Shown here in pieces: positions 19,689-28,834 of a stretch of 64,000 nt of DNA. A program made the position numbers and the translations under genes. This DNA is from Candidatus Woesearchaeota archaeon (lineage in GTDB: Archaea > Nanobdellota > Nanobdellia > Woesearchaeales > B72-G16): the NCBI GenBank assembly GCA_003650545.1, contig QMQO01000002.1, positions 16,485 to 80,484 of the forward strand. The letters are read 5' to 3'. Each line of letters begins with the position of its first letter. The first letter of the stretch is position 1. The notes under the pieces were generated by a model. That model did no database searches. It worked only from the letters and a program-made list of their open reading frames with translations, and was not told where the DNA came from.

Positions 19689-19956
19689 ATAATATGGTTA
19701 AAACTACCCCTTTATAAATGTTTCGTCATTAGAAAGTAGTTATGACGGATTTTCAAAAAAGCGTCATAATGTCGCTGAAGAGTAAATAAGCCGAAAAGCC
19801 CGAATTTCAGGGTTTCAGGCTCTAAAACGCTAATTCTGAAAAAATGAGATGAAACAAGGCAATTTGACAACTTTCAGGAAAATCCACGAATTTTGGCCTT
19901 GATTTCTGGTGGAGAAGGGGAAGCCGAATCGATTGAGTTTGAGGAGGTGAACCCCA

Positions 19957-20229
19957 ATGAAAGACCTGCAAACGGTTGAGAAATTCCAGCAAGCCCAGGC
20001 AGAAAAATGGGCAAAGAAAGAGAAAGACATACACCTGCAAGTCTGCTTCAAGAAAGCAGTTGATGTTGAGATACACCTCATCCAAGGCGCACAAGCCCTA
20101 GATGAGTCAGAAATCACAGCAAGAATTCTGAAGCGAGCAGAGTATTATTTCCTGGGCTATGAGAAGCTGAAAAGCAAACTCATTGACGGAATTTCTGAGG
20201 AGGCGGATCAGGATGAGCCAAGCAGATGA
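19957..20229 (+). CDS. Viral hypothetical protein
   Basis: 90-aa ORF with GGAGGTGA SD. Confidence 0.7.
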   Translation: MKDLQTVEKFQQAQAEKWAKKEKDIHLQVCFKKAVDVEIHLIQGAQALDESEITARILKRAEYYFLGYEKLKSKLIDGISEEADQDEPSR

Positions 20230-20398
20230 GATCCGCCAGGAACTTGAGAGAAGAAACAAGGAAACACGCCAGAAAATCAAGAAGCAACAAGATGAAAAGG
20301 AATTCAGAGAATACCTTGATGATCTTGGCATAGAAAGGATTGATGCTCCTAAAAAGGAGAAAAAATTGACCCACAGCGGTCGGAGGTCCCGAAAATGA
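20213..20398 (+). CDS. Viral hypothetical protein (charged, helical)
   Basis: GAGGAGG SD. Overlaps both neighbours. Confidence 0.6.
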   Translation: MSQADEIRQELERRNKETRQKIKKQQDEKEFREYLDDLGIERIDAPKKEKKLTHSGRRSRK

Positions 20399-20874
20399 AA
20401 ATGGAAGTATCTGACAAGGTAGCAGTGCCTCAAAAGAGGCCACACATAAAGAAAGGCTTCTATCACGCCAGACTGGTGGAAGTCAAGCCAAAAAAGACAG
20501 AAAGCAAGTACGGCAAGAAGATCGTGCTGCTCTTCGAGATTCTGAACGATGCCTTCAAGCAGAATGGAAAGTATCTGCAACTGGCAACAGAGGCATATTA
20601 CGAATACAAGCAAGATGATGGCTCGTACAGGACAGCAGTGACTCCAAACTCAAGGATAACTCAGATTTTCCAAGCACTGGGCTGGAAGTTCACAACGCAG
20701 GGCCTTGATACGAATGACTTCATTGGAGCTGAAGCAGAAGTTCTGGTTGATGACTATGAGTATGAATACACAGATCCAAACACGAACAAGACTGAGATAC
20801 TCAAGGCAAGCACTATCAACGATGTGAACAAATGGGAAGATCAGCCAGAGGTAGTTGAAGAGGTTGTCGAGTGA
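20395..20874 (+). CDS. Putative viral ssDNA-binding protein (DUF669-like)
   Basis: G.YHARLVEV...SKYG...LLFEI beta-rich fold, acidic tail, position before the helicase. Confidence 0.5.
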   Translation: MKMEVSDKVAVPQKRPHIKKGFYHARLVEVKPKKTESKYGKKIVLLFEILNDAFKQNGKYLQLATEAYYEYKQDDGSYRTAVTPNSRITQIFQALGWKFTTQGLDTNDFIGAEAEVLVDDYEYEYTDPNTNKTEILKASTINDVNKWEDQPEVVEEVVE

Positions 20875-21076
20875 AATGACAAGTGCAGTTGTTGTTACTA
20901 TGCAGTACGATATCCCAGAAAGTGGGGGAAAGACACACATTAAACACGATTTTTTTGTGAGGGGTCTTCCTCACTTTTTCAAATATCGTACTAAGCAGTA
21001 GTAATTATTGATTGAGTTTGAAGGAAAACTGCACTCACATAGCGATAGCTCTCCAAAAAGGAGGTGAACAAACAAA

Positions 21077-23131
21077 ATGGATAGCAAATCATTCCTAACA
21101 ATCCTGAAATACATAGAAGACTCTAAACTACCAAGAGAAGTCATAAGCAAGTTAAGAAGCAAGTGCGTAGACATATCAGGAGAACTTCTGCCATCAACAA
21201 CAGACAGAAACATAAAACGTAATATCAAACTTATCAATGAATTAGAAGAACTGTTCAAATCAGTTGCAGAAAAGCACAACACAGATTTCCCTGACATATT
21301 CTGCTTCTTCAAAGGATACAAAGACTCAGTGATCATACACGAAAGCATAGAGGAAGATAGCAGAGTTCCAGCTGCAATGATTGAATCACTGCAGATAAGA
21401 TGTAAGACAAACAGCGTCATCAAGATATCCGAGAAGTTCAATTATCAACAAATAAAGGTCATTACAAGAAGAATATTTGATGCTCATCCTAACTCACCTC
21501 TTGTCTTTCCGATAACAAAATACCATCACATAGAAGGAAAAGTCATCGGAGAAATAGAACAAAGAAAGATCAAGATACCTGTTGCGTGGAAAGTAGAAAT
21601 AAGCACCAAAGAAGACAAAACATACGTGCCTTACTTATTTGGAGAGAAGATACCTAAAAGAACAAAGATTGTCGATGAAGTAAGCGGAGAATTCTATCTT
21701 TACAGGTTCTTATCAAAAGAAAGAAAGGAGTATGCTCTGATCAGTACGGACAGGCTGAAGCTTGACGATTATTCCATTGACGGCATTAGCATAGAAGTTG
21801 AAGATTTCAAGATCATAGGAGATGCTTATAGGCTCATAAACAAGTTCACTGTTTTCTTTGTTCACACAGCAAAAAGCCACATCTGTCAATTGCAAAATCA
21901 TAAACAGTTGTTTGAACATGCAGATAAACTCAAACTTACAGGAAATAGGCTCTACCAATACTTAAGCAGTTACAGAAAGAACGGTTCAATACAAGTTTTG
22001 GAGCATCCTAAATGGTTCTTGAAATTAACTTCCGCTTTTCTCTTCCACAAAAAGAAAGGGGACACTGCTGAATACCCTATGCACATTCTTTGGATCTCTG
22101 AAAGAGGTGCTGGTAAAACCACTTTTATGGAATCTCTTCACCAAAAAAGCGGTGAGACTCAAGAAATAATCGCTGGGAGTGCCTCAACAATAAAATATCT
22201 CATCCCGAGTTTCAAAGAAACTAACAGGCCAGACATGGGTGCTCTTGCAAAAGCATCAAGACTTTGCATAATAGACGAGTTCTTCAGGATTCTTCGAACA
22301 AGCCACAAAGAAAGAGAAGATGAAAGCGGTCGGATGAATGACTTGCTTGAACACAAAGACAGGCAAGCAGGAAGCGGCCAAGGGAAAGTAAGAACCAGCA
22401 TGACTGCAAGGCTTTTTGCAGGAACAAATCCTATCGCAGGAACTAACAATATTGTGAATCTTGTTGAAAAATTCGATGACTCCTTCCTTAGCAGGTTCTT
22501 GATATATTATCAAACAGACGATCACGTAAAACTTGTCCATCAAAAGAAAAAAGAAGCTAAGGTTTACACAACTGAGTGGATAGAGGTTAATGATTTTCTG
22601 AGCATCCAAGATTATCTCCAAAGTTTTGATGCGAAATACAATCGGGAAAGGCTTGTCAAAATCTTTGACAAATTTTTGATTTTCTTCAATGAAGAGGTCA
22701 AGGGAATTTATGAGGCAAGATATCTTCATCATCTTGAATGCCTTATTGATGGCATCATAAAAACAAGATGCTTGATAACGAGAGATCCTTCATTCAAGGC
22801 AAAAGAAGAGGATTATCAAGAAGCGGAATACATTTGGGCAATAATAATCAAGGGATGGTTCAGGCAAAACCTTGATGACATTCTTCGTGATCTAAGCATC
22901 CCGATAGAGTCAAGAGCAAGATTCTTGCCGGAAAACGCTGTTTATCTTTTGGAAAAACTTGCTTCTCTTGGCTACAAAGCCAAGCTTGGCGATTTGAGGG
23001 ATAAATGCAGGGGTGAACTTCACGCTCCAAGCATCGCTTTCTATCTTTCCTTGTTGAAGGAAGGAGCGTTTGTCATAGAACGGGATGGATATCTCTATCA
23101 TCATGAATGGGAGGCGATAGAAAGAAAATGA
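21077..23131 (+). CDS. MCM-like replicative helicase
   Basis: HIL.ISERGAGKT (Walker A), G.L.KA...CIIDEF (Walker B), AGTNP and LSRF arginine finger. Confidence 0.8.
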   Translation: MDSKSFLTILKYIEDSKLPREVISKLRSKCVDISGELLPSTTDRNIKRNIKLINELEELFKSVAEKHNTDFPDIFCFFKGYKDSVIIHESIEEDSRVPAAMIESLQIRCKTNSVIKISEKFNYQQIKVITRRIFDAHPNSPLVFPITKYHHIEGKVIGEIEQRKIKIPVAWKVEISTKEDKTYVPYLFGEKIPKRTKIVDEVSGEFYLYRFLSKERKEYALISTDRLKLDDYSIDGISIEVEDFKIIGDAYRLINKFTVFFVHTAKSHICQLQNHKQLFEHADKLKLTGNRLYQYLSSYRKNGSIQVLEHPKWFLKLTSAFLFHKKKGDTAEYPMHILWISERGAGKTTFMESLHQKSGETQEIIAGSASTIKYLIPSFKETNRPDMGALAKASRLCIIDEFFRILRTSHKEREDESGRMNDLLEHKDRQAGSGQGKVRTSMTARLFAGTNPIAGTNNIVNLVEKFDDSFLSRFLIYYQTDDHVKLVHQKKKEAKVYTTEWIEVNDFLSIQDYLQSFDAKYNRERLVKIFDKFLIFFNEEVKGIYEARYLHHLECLIDGIIKTRCLITRDPSFKAKEEDYQEAEYIWAIIIKGWFRQNLDDILRDLSIPIESRARFLPENAVYLLEKLASLGYKAKLGDLRDKCRGELHAPSIAFYLSLLKEGAFVIERDGYLYHHEWEAIERK

Positions 23132-24246
23132 GGCTTTGCTGCACTCAACAGGAAGAGGACTTTTGGCTTGGCGAGCCACTCTATGAAGAAGACAAATCAG
23201 TAGGCTTTCATAGAATGTGGTTCCTGGAAGTTCTTGCCAGGAAGACTGATTTCAAGATAAGCCTTCAAAGCAAAGAAGGATATTACACTAAAAGAATACA
23301 CTGGTCTGATTTCCACTATGAGAAAAAACTCAGAGCATACATAATACACAGAGAATTGTTATCAAATGAAATAGTGCTTGATTTTGATGCTCCAACTTAC
23401 GAAAAGAACGTGAGCAACTTCAAGGACATTTATCCTTTTCTTAAAAGAAAGGGGTTTGTTCCTTACATCTACTTTTCAGGAAACAAAGGATTGCATGTCC
23501 ACTTCTATCTAACCTTTAAGCCCTTAGTCAAAGAACTTGAAATGAAAATTCAGGAAGACATAGTGAACCATTTCAGAAAAGCAGCAACATTTGAGAAGAT
23601 GTTCACAAGATTCATCGCAAAGAAGCTTGAATGGTTATACACTCATTTTTCAATTGATGGGAATCTCAATCATACAAACCATCTCATAAGGTCAGAAGGA
23701 AGTCTTAACAAATTAGGCTTCAAGACTTTTTTAGGCCATACTCCTGAAGACATACCTATCATTGCTCCTATTTACAACATAGAAAACAAGTCTTATCCGA
23801 AGTTTCCTTTTCATGATTACACAAACTCTCTGGATGACATAAAATATTCAGCCTTAACTGACCTTGTCAAACTATGCAAGGAATTTGTTAAGGTAAAAAA
23901 GATTGGTAAGAAAGAGCCAAAATACTTATCTCTTAAGGATTTCTTCCAGAAACCGAGAGTTAATTCCGAGAAGCCGTGCATAAAGTTTCTGGAGAGCCAA
24001 GAGTTTGGAAATATAGGTGAGGGAAGAAAAAGGGCTTTGTTCGTTCTTGCTTCTCATTACAATGATGATCCTCAACAAGTTGCCAAACTCAAAGAATGGA
24101 ATGAGGTAGTTCTCAATAATCATCTTTCAAGTTTTGAGATAGAAAGTTCTGCAAAGAGCACGACAGGAAAAGTAGGTTGCAGGTACATTAAGGAACTTCT
24201 CGGTTCAATAGGTTATGGTCACATATGCAAGGGGTGTTCAAAATGA
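23128..24246 (+). CDS. Archaeo-eukaryotic primase with C-terminal PriL-like Cys domain
   Basis: EIVLDFD, SGNKGLHVH, LIR. C-terminal PCI...GEGR....F..A.H...WN...GC...C..C. Confidence 0.8.
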   Translation: MRLCCTQQEEDFWLGEPLYEEDKSVGFHRMWFLEVLARKTDFKISLQSKEGYYTKRIHWSDFHYEKKLRAYIIHRELLSNEIVLDFDAPTYEKNVSNFKDIYPFLKRKGFVPYIYFSGNKGLHVHFYLTFKPLVKELEMKIQEDIVNHFRKAATFEKMFTRFIAKKLEWLYTHFSIDGNLNHTNHLIRSEGSLNKLGFKTFLGHTPEDIPIIAPIYNIENKSYPKFPFHDYTNSLDDIKYSALTDLVKLCKEFVKVKKIGKKEPKYLSLKDFFQKPRVNSEKPCIKFLESQEFGNIGEGRKRALFVLASHYNDDPQQVAKLKEWNEVVLNNHLSSFEIESSAKSTTGKVGCRYIKELLGSIGYGHICKGCSK

Positions 24247-24482
24247 AAAAAGAGCCAAAAAATGCGGAAGGGTCGCAAAGGACCTTGGTCAACTTGTATG
24301 ACAAGAGAAACTCTTCAAAGCAACTCAAGACAGTAATTTTCACAAAGCACGTTCCTAAATTCGTTGACCTTGACCTTAAGACTATTGGACCTTTCAAGCC
24401 TGGAGACATTCTCAGAACTCATATTGACATTGCTAATCTGCTTATTTTGAAAGGCAGAGCAAAGGAGTTCGATATAGATTGA
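24243..24482 (+). CDS. Stand-alone GINS B-domain (Gins51 C-terminal-like) protein
   Basis: VIFTKHVPKFVDLDLKTIGPFKPGDI......ANLLI.KGRA matches the Gins51 C-terminal pattern. Confidence 0.7.
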   Translation: MKKEPKNAEGSQRTLVNLYDKRNSSKQLKTVIFTKHVPKFVDLDLKTIGPFKPGDILRTHIDIANLLILKGRAKEFDID

Positions 24483-24497
24483 CGGGAGGTGATTCAA

Positions 24498-24665
24498 GTG
24501 GGTGAAATAGAAAACATCAGGAAAAGAATCCTTGCGGACATAGCCGCAATGAAACAAGACAACAATTCCTGGAAAAGGCAAATCCAGGAGAATGAGAGAA
24601 AAATAGCGGAACTTGAGCAAGCAGCTGAAGTTCTAGGAAAGATAAGCGGAGGTGCTGAACAATGA
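24498..24665 (+). CDS. Small coiled-coil protein (55 aa)
   Basis: Translated by hand. GTG start after GGGAGGTGA. Confidence 0.55.
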   Translation: MGEIENIRKRILADIAAMKQDNNSWKRQIQENERKIAELEQAAEVLGKISGGAEQ

Positions 24666-24820
24666 AACCGCTAAAGAGAAGGTACGTCTATGAAGAAAAC
24701 TTTGAAGAAATAATGGCGTGGGCTCATTCAAGAGGCATAAGAGCTCCAAACAGGAAGGATAACTTCCCTTATTTTCTCGATGCCTACTTGAAAGAACTGA
24801 AAGGAGAATCAACACAATGA
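24662..24820 (+). CDS. Small hypothetical protein (52 aa)
   Basis: Translated by hand. ATGA overlap and GGAGGTG SD. Confidence 0.55.
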   Translation: MKPLKRRYVYEENFEEIMAWAHSRGIRAPNRKDNFPYFLDAYLKELKGESTQ

Positions 24821-24841
24821 ACTTGTTGGAGGTAGAACAAT

Positions 24842-25789
24842 ATGTGGAAAGGGTATGAAGCACTGCCAAGTTATTTTGGCGGAAAAAGAAAATTAGCCAG
24901 GAGAATACTCAGCTATGCAGAAGGAAAAGTTTTCATCGATGCGTTTTTAGGAGGTGGCAGCGTTTCCTTATTGGCAAAAGCAAAAGGCTTCAAAGTAATA
25001 TGCAATGACATTGCTGAGAGGTCACGAATTGTTGGAAAGGCCATTATAGAAAACAAGAACAAGAAATTAACTGATTATGACATTTACTCATTGTTTAAGG
25101 AAACTGATAATAATTTCATACGAGATAATTTTCCGAACCTGGCTCTTGAAAAAGACGTGAAGTTTCTTGACAACGCTTTTGCTAATGCCAAGACAGACCT
25201 TCAGAAACTACTGCTCATCAAGTTTCTCTTCAAATATAAACCATTTAGCATGTTGTCAAACAAAGTTCCTAAGGACTTGTCAAACTGCAATTTAAAGGTC
25301 ATAAAGCCGCACTTGAAATATATGTTTAAGCCGATAAGAACCTTGAAAAGAATAAAGGAACAAATTAATTATGGAATATTTGATAATGGCCAAGACAATG
25401 AGTTTCATCAAAAGGATGTTTTTGAATTCTTGAGAAACGTAAAGGGAGATACTATTTATTTTGATCCTCCTTACGCTGGCAGTCAGAGTTATGAGGAGTT
25501 CTACAATATACTTGATAGCATTCTGATGCAGAAGAAGATACCTGTTAAGAAAAGCAAGTTTAACTCTGCTGAAGCAGAAAAGTTTCTTCACAGGTTGCTT
25601 GACGAATCTATGCACATTAAGAAAGTAATATTCAGCTTTGGCGGCCCTAAGATTGACGGGCAGCAATTGTTGAAAATAGTGCAGGAGCATCGCCCTGCTG
25701 AACTGTATGAGATTAAGCATAAATGGTCTATCACGGCCAGCAAGGAGCAGATGCAAACTGCAACAGAAATATTGGTGGTGACAAAATGA
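24842..25789 (+). CDS. DNA adenine methyltransferase (Dam/D12-like)
   Basis: YFGGK, DAFLGGGSVS, NDI and YFDPPY motifs. Confidence 0.9.
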   Translation: MWKGYEALPSYFGGKRKLARRILSYAEGKVFIDAFLGGGSVSLLAKAKGFKVICNDIAERSRIVGKAIIENKNKKLTDYDIYSLFKETDNNFIRDNFPNLALEKDVKFLDNAFANAKTDLQKLLLIKFLFKYKPFSMLSNKVPKDLSNCNLKVIKPHLKYMFKPIRTLKRIKEQINYGIFDNGQDNEFHQKDVFEFLRNVKGDTIYFDPPYAGSQSYEEFYNILDSILMQKKIPVKKSKFNSAEAEKFLHRLLDESMHIKKVIFSFGGPKIDGQQLLKIVQEHRPAELYEIKHKWSITASKEQMQTATEILVVTK

Positions 25790-26451
25790 AAACTGAAAAA
25801 ATACCAATGGAGTTAATCGAAGAAAACAACTACAATCCAAATGAGATGGATGAGAACAAGTTCAAGAAACTTGTCTTGAACATAAAACGCAAGGGTTTCA
25901 GGAAGCCTATTGAAGTGAGGAAAGTAGGGGAGAAGTACGTTATAATTGACGGAGCTCATAGATTCAGGGCTTGTAAGGAATTAGGTTACACCGAAATTGA
26001 TTGCATAGTTGATGATGTTGATGAAACTGAGGCCATGATTGACACCCTCAACGCAAACATTCATGGCACCCATAATCCTTACAAGGAGGCGCAAATATTC
26101 AAGCAGATTCACGAGAGGTACACTCTCAGGGATATTGAGAAGTTGACTATTTTTAATCAGTCTGAGATTAAGGACAGGCTTGAGTTGCTTAGTCTTTCTC
26201 CTGCAATACAGAAAGAGATTGAGAAAAGGGAGAAGGCTGAAGCGAGGGAGGCGCCAGTAGTTCTTACTTTTATGATTAAGGAAGCCGAGAAAGAGATTGT
26301 AATGAAAGCTCTTGATCTTTGCGAGAACTCTTCAGACAAGAACAAGGCCCTGGTAGAGTTATGCCAGAAATCGCTTAATTTTATGGAGGTGAAAAACGTT
26401 GGAGAAGAAAGCGAGCAGTCAAACGAGCAGTCAACATCCAAAACTGCGTAA
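25786..26451 (+). CDS. ParB/Srx N-terminal domain protein
   Basis: YNPN.M, I...GF..PI.V, IIDGAHR..A. Confidence 0.85.
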   Translation: MKTEKIPMELIEENNYNPNEMDENKFKKLVLNIKRKGFRKPIEVRKVGEKYVIIDGAHRFRACKELGYTEIDCIVDDVDETEAMIDTLNANIHGTHNPYKEAQIFKQIHERYTLRDIEKLTIFNQSEIKDRLELLSLSPAIQKEIEKREKAEAREAPVVLTFMIKEAEKEIVMKALDLCENSSDKNKALVELCQKSLNFMEVKNVGEESEQSNEQSTSKTA

Positions 26452-26992
26452 CTTTAAGGGAAACATTCACACATTAACGGAAGAGGACAGGAGGAAGGCA
26501 GGGAAAACTATGACGCCAAAAAGAAGGCTTGCTAACACGCTTAATCCTATGAAGACTGGCAGGTACTCCAAAAGAGTTCCTCACTGCCATACTTGTGTCT
26601 TCAAAAACAGATGCAGTGCCTATGATCCTAAAGACCCAAAAGCAGCATGCAAAGTAATTGATATTCCTAACTATTTTCATCTTATGAGTGCCTTGACTTT
26701 TCGCACAGAAGAAGATTTTGATGATTTTGTGAACAAACTCACTCAAAGATTGTATCTGAAGAATATGACCAGTGATGACTGGGACAAAATGAAAGACTTC
26801 TTGTTGATATTTCTAAGGGTCAAAGACTCAAAATTCAGGAATCCCAGAGAACAAACAGTCAACATCCAGATCAATAATTTTCATGAGGAGTTCAACTTGT
26901 TCAAAGATGTCACTTTGAAAGTGCTGAGAAAACATCCTGAAGTTATGAAGGAATGGAGGAATGCTCTTGATGCTGCCAAACAATCCGATTGA
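26399..26992 (+). CDS. Putative terminase small subunit
   Basis: Directly precedes terL. N..KTG.YS motif and a Cys cluster. Mainly positional. Confidence 0.5.
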   Translation: MEKKASSQTSSQHPKLRNFKGNIHTLTEEDRRKAGKTMTPKRRLANTLNPMKTGRYSKRVPHCHTCVFKNRCSAYDPKDPKAACKVIDIPNYFHLMSALTFRTEEDFDDFVNKLTQRLYLKNMTSDDWDKMKDFLLIFLRVKDSKFRNPREQTVNIQINNFHEEFNLFKDVTLKVLRKHPEVMKEWRNALDAAKQSD

Positions 26993-28436
26993 AACAGCGC
27001 TCTTTGAAAGTTTTAAAGAGCCGACTTATGAGAACTTCATAGGATTTGTGAAGAGGTATCTCGCTCCTTATATGGAACAAGAATTTGTGGAAGAAGACTA
27101 TTACAAGGAGTGGTTTGAACTTGAGCAAAAATACCAATACAATGCGATTGAAGCGCCAAGGGGACATAGCAAGAGTGAAAACTTCACAGTTTGGTTTACT
27201 ATTTATTATGCTGTTTATGATCTCAAACACGAACAAATAATCTCATCTGTAAGCGGAGATCAGACAAATGAATTATTTGACAGGATTAAATATTTCTTCT
27301 ATGTAAGTCCTTATCTTAATAGGAATTTTAAGCCAGAAGGAGCTGACAAGAATGTCAGTTTAAGTTCCTGGAACTCAAAAAAGATCGTTCTCAAGAATGA
27401 TGCTGTAATTCATGCGAGAAGTATTGCTGGCAAGTGGAGAGGTCTTCACGTTGACAGGATTGTTTGTGATGACATCATTACAGAAGACAGCACGTTAAGC
27501 GATAAGCAAACCATTAACAAGTTTTATTCAGCCGTGTTTAATTGCTCAACCGCAAAGAAAGGAAGCATAACTGTAATTGGGACTCCCTTGCGTTATTCAG
27601 ACATACTTTTTGATCTTAAGGCCAATAAGCAATTTAATTTCAAGGTTTACCCTGCTATTCTTAACTTTGAGGAGAGAAAGGTATTATCTCCTAAAAGAAA
27701 ATCTTTTGATGAATTGATGAGGATCAAAGAAACCATAGGTTCTTTGAGGTTTCAGTGCGAGTTCATGCTTAATCCTATCGATGATCACAGTTCTATCTTC
27801 AAGAGGGCTTGGCTGAGAAGGGCAAGAAATGAGAGCATAGAACTGATTAGGAACAGAAGGGAACTTCAACAGTACGGTTTTGAAGTCACGTCTATTATGT
27901 GCGGTGCTGATTTCGCTTTCTCTGAAAGGAAAAGCGCAAACTATTCAGTGTTTTTGACATTAGCAAGACTGACTGATGGCAGACTCTTGCTTTGTGATTT
28001 TTTCAGGAAAAAAGGAATGACTGGCCAGCAACAGATTGACAAGTTAAGAGAACTTCATTCAGCATATGATTATGATGTTATGGCATTGGAAGAAAACAGC
28101 ATTATGGCAATAAGCAGGGATATCAAGAACATTGGCTTGCCCATAAAGACCCTTAGGACAGGAACAAGGGACACAGACGTTTCAATCTCAAAAACAAATG
28201 CGATCTTAAGGATGACCACGTGGTTTGAGAATAATCAAGTTGTCATACCTTATGCGAGTGAAGAAGCTAAAGAAAAGTACGAACTTCTTGAGCAAGAGTT
28301 CCTGAGTTTTGCTCTTGAGGATGGGAAGATTACAGAAATAGGAGTTCATCCAGACATTCCAATAGCTTTTGTTTATGCAGCTGAAGCTGTGAAAAGAACA
28401 ACCCCCACAGGTTTTGTCACAAGCATAGTCAGATAA
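26961..28436 (+). CDS. terL: Terminase large subunit
   Basis: APRGHSKS (Walker A), RGLH.DRIVCDD (Walker B), IGTP, GADFA nuclease motif, HPD. Confidence 0.92.
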   Translation: MLLMLPNNPIETALFESFKEPTYENFIGFVKRYLAPYMEQEFVEEDYYKEWFELEQKYQYNAIEAPRGHSKSENFTVWFTIYYAVYDLKHEQIISSVSGDQTNELFDRIKYFFYVSPYLNRNFKPEGADKNVSLSSWNSKKIVLKNDAVIHARSIAGKWRGLHVDRIVCDDIITEDSTLSDKQTINKFYSAVFNCSTAKKGSITVIGTPLRYSDILFDLKANKQFNFKVYPAILNFEERKVLSPKRKSFDELMRIKETIGSLRFQCEFMLNPIDDHSSIFKRAWLRRARNESIELIRNRRELQQYGFEVTSIMCGADFAFSERKSANYSVFLTLARLTDGRLLLCDFFRKKGMTGQQQIDKLRELHSAYDYDVMALEENSIMAISRDIKNIGLPIKTLRTGTRDTDVSISKTNAILRMTTWFENNQVVIPYASEEAKEKYELLEQEFLSFALEDGKITEIGVHPDIPIAFVYAAEAVKRTTPTGFVTSIVR

Positions 28437-28459
28437 AAAAAAGGAGGTAAGGAAACAAG

Positions 28460-28834
28460 ATGTTTGAACCAGATAAACTATCCAAGCGAGACAAGAGAAT
28501 ACTGAAAGCCCTGTTGTACTTTTATCCCAGGAAGAAAAGCGCTGCTCAAATCCACAATTACATCTCAAAATATTGGCAGAAGAGCGGCATAAGGAATGCG
28601 AAAGCATTAGGACATATTTTGATGAGGTTTCCTGTTGATTCTGAATTAACAGTGATCAGTTCAGTGACTAAAACTGGGATAATAAACAGCAGATATTTGA
28701 GGATTTATGTTCTCAAAAAGAACTTCGTGAAGAAATATTATAAAGAAAAAAATGACCTGATAAAATTGGGAAATAAGAAGTCACGACGCAGTTCAAAGGC
28801 TAAAAAAGATGGAAGAACAAAAAGAAAAAAGTAA
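28460..28834 (+). CDS. Basic hypothetical protein, possible winged helix
   Basis: 124 aa, GGAGGT SD. Confidence 0.6.
   Translation: MFEPDKLSKRDKRILKALLYFYPRKKSAAQIHNYISKYWQKSGIRNAKALGHILMRFPVDSELTVISSVTKTGIINSRYLRIYVLKKNFVKKYYKEKNDLIKLGNKKSRRSSKAKKDGRTKRKK

Noticed and set aside
19903-19920. ORB-like origin box TTCTGGTGGAGAAGGGG
   Set aside because: Single weak match, not repeated and not next to cdc6.
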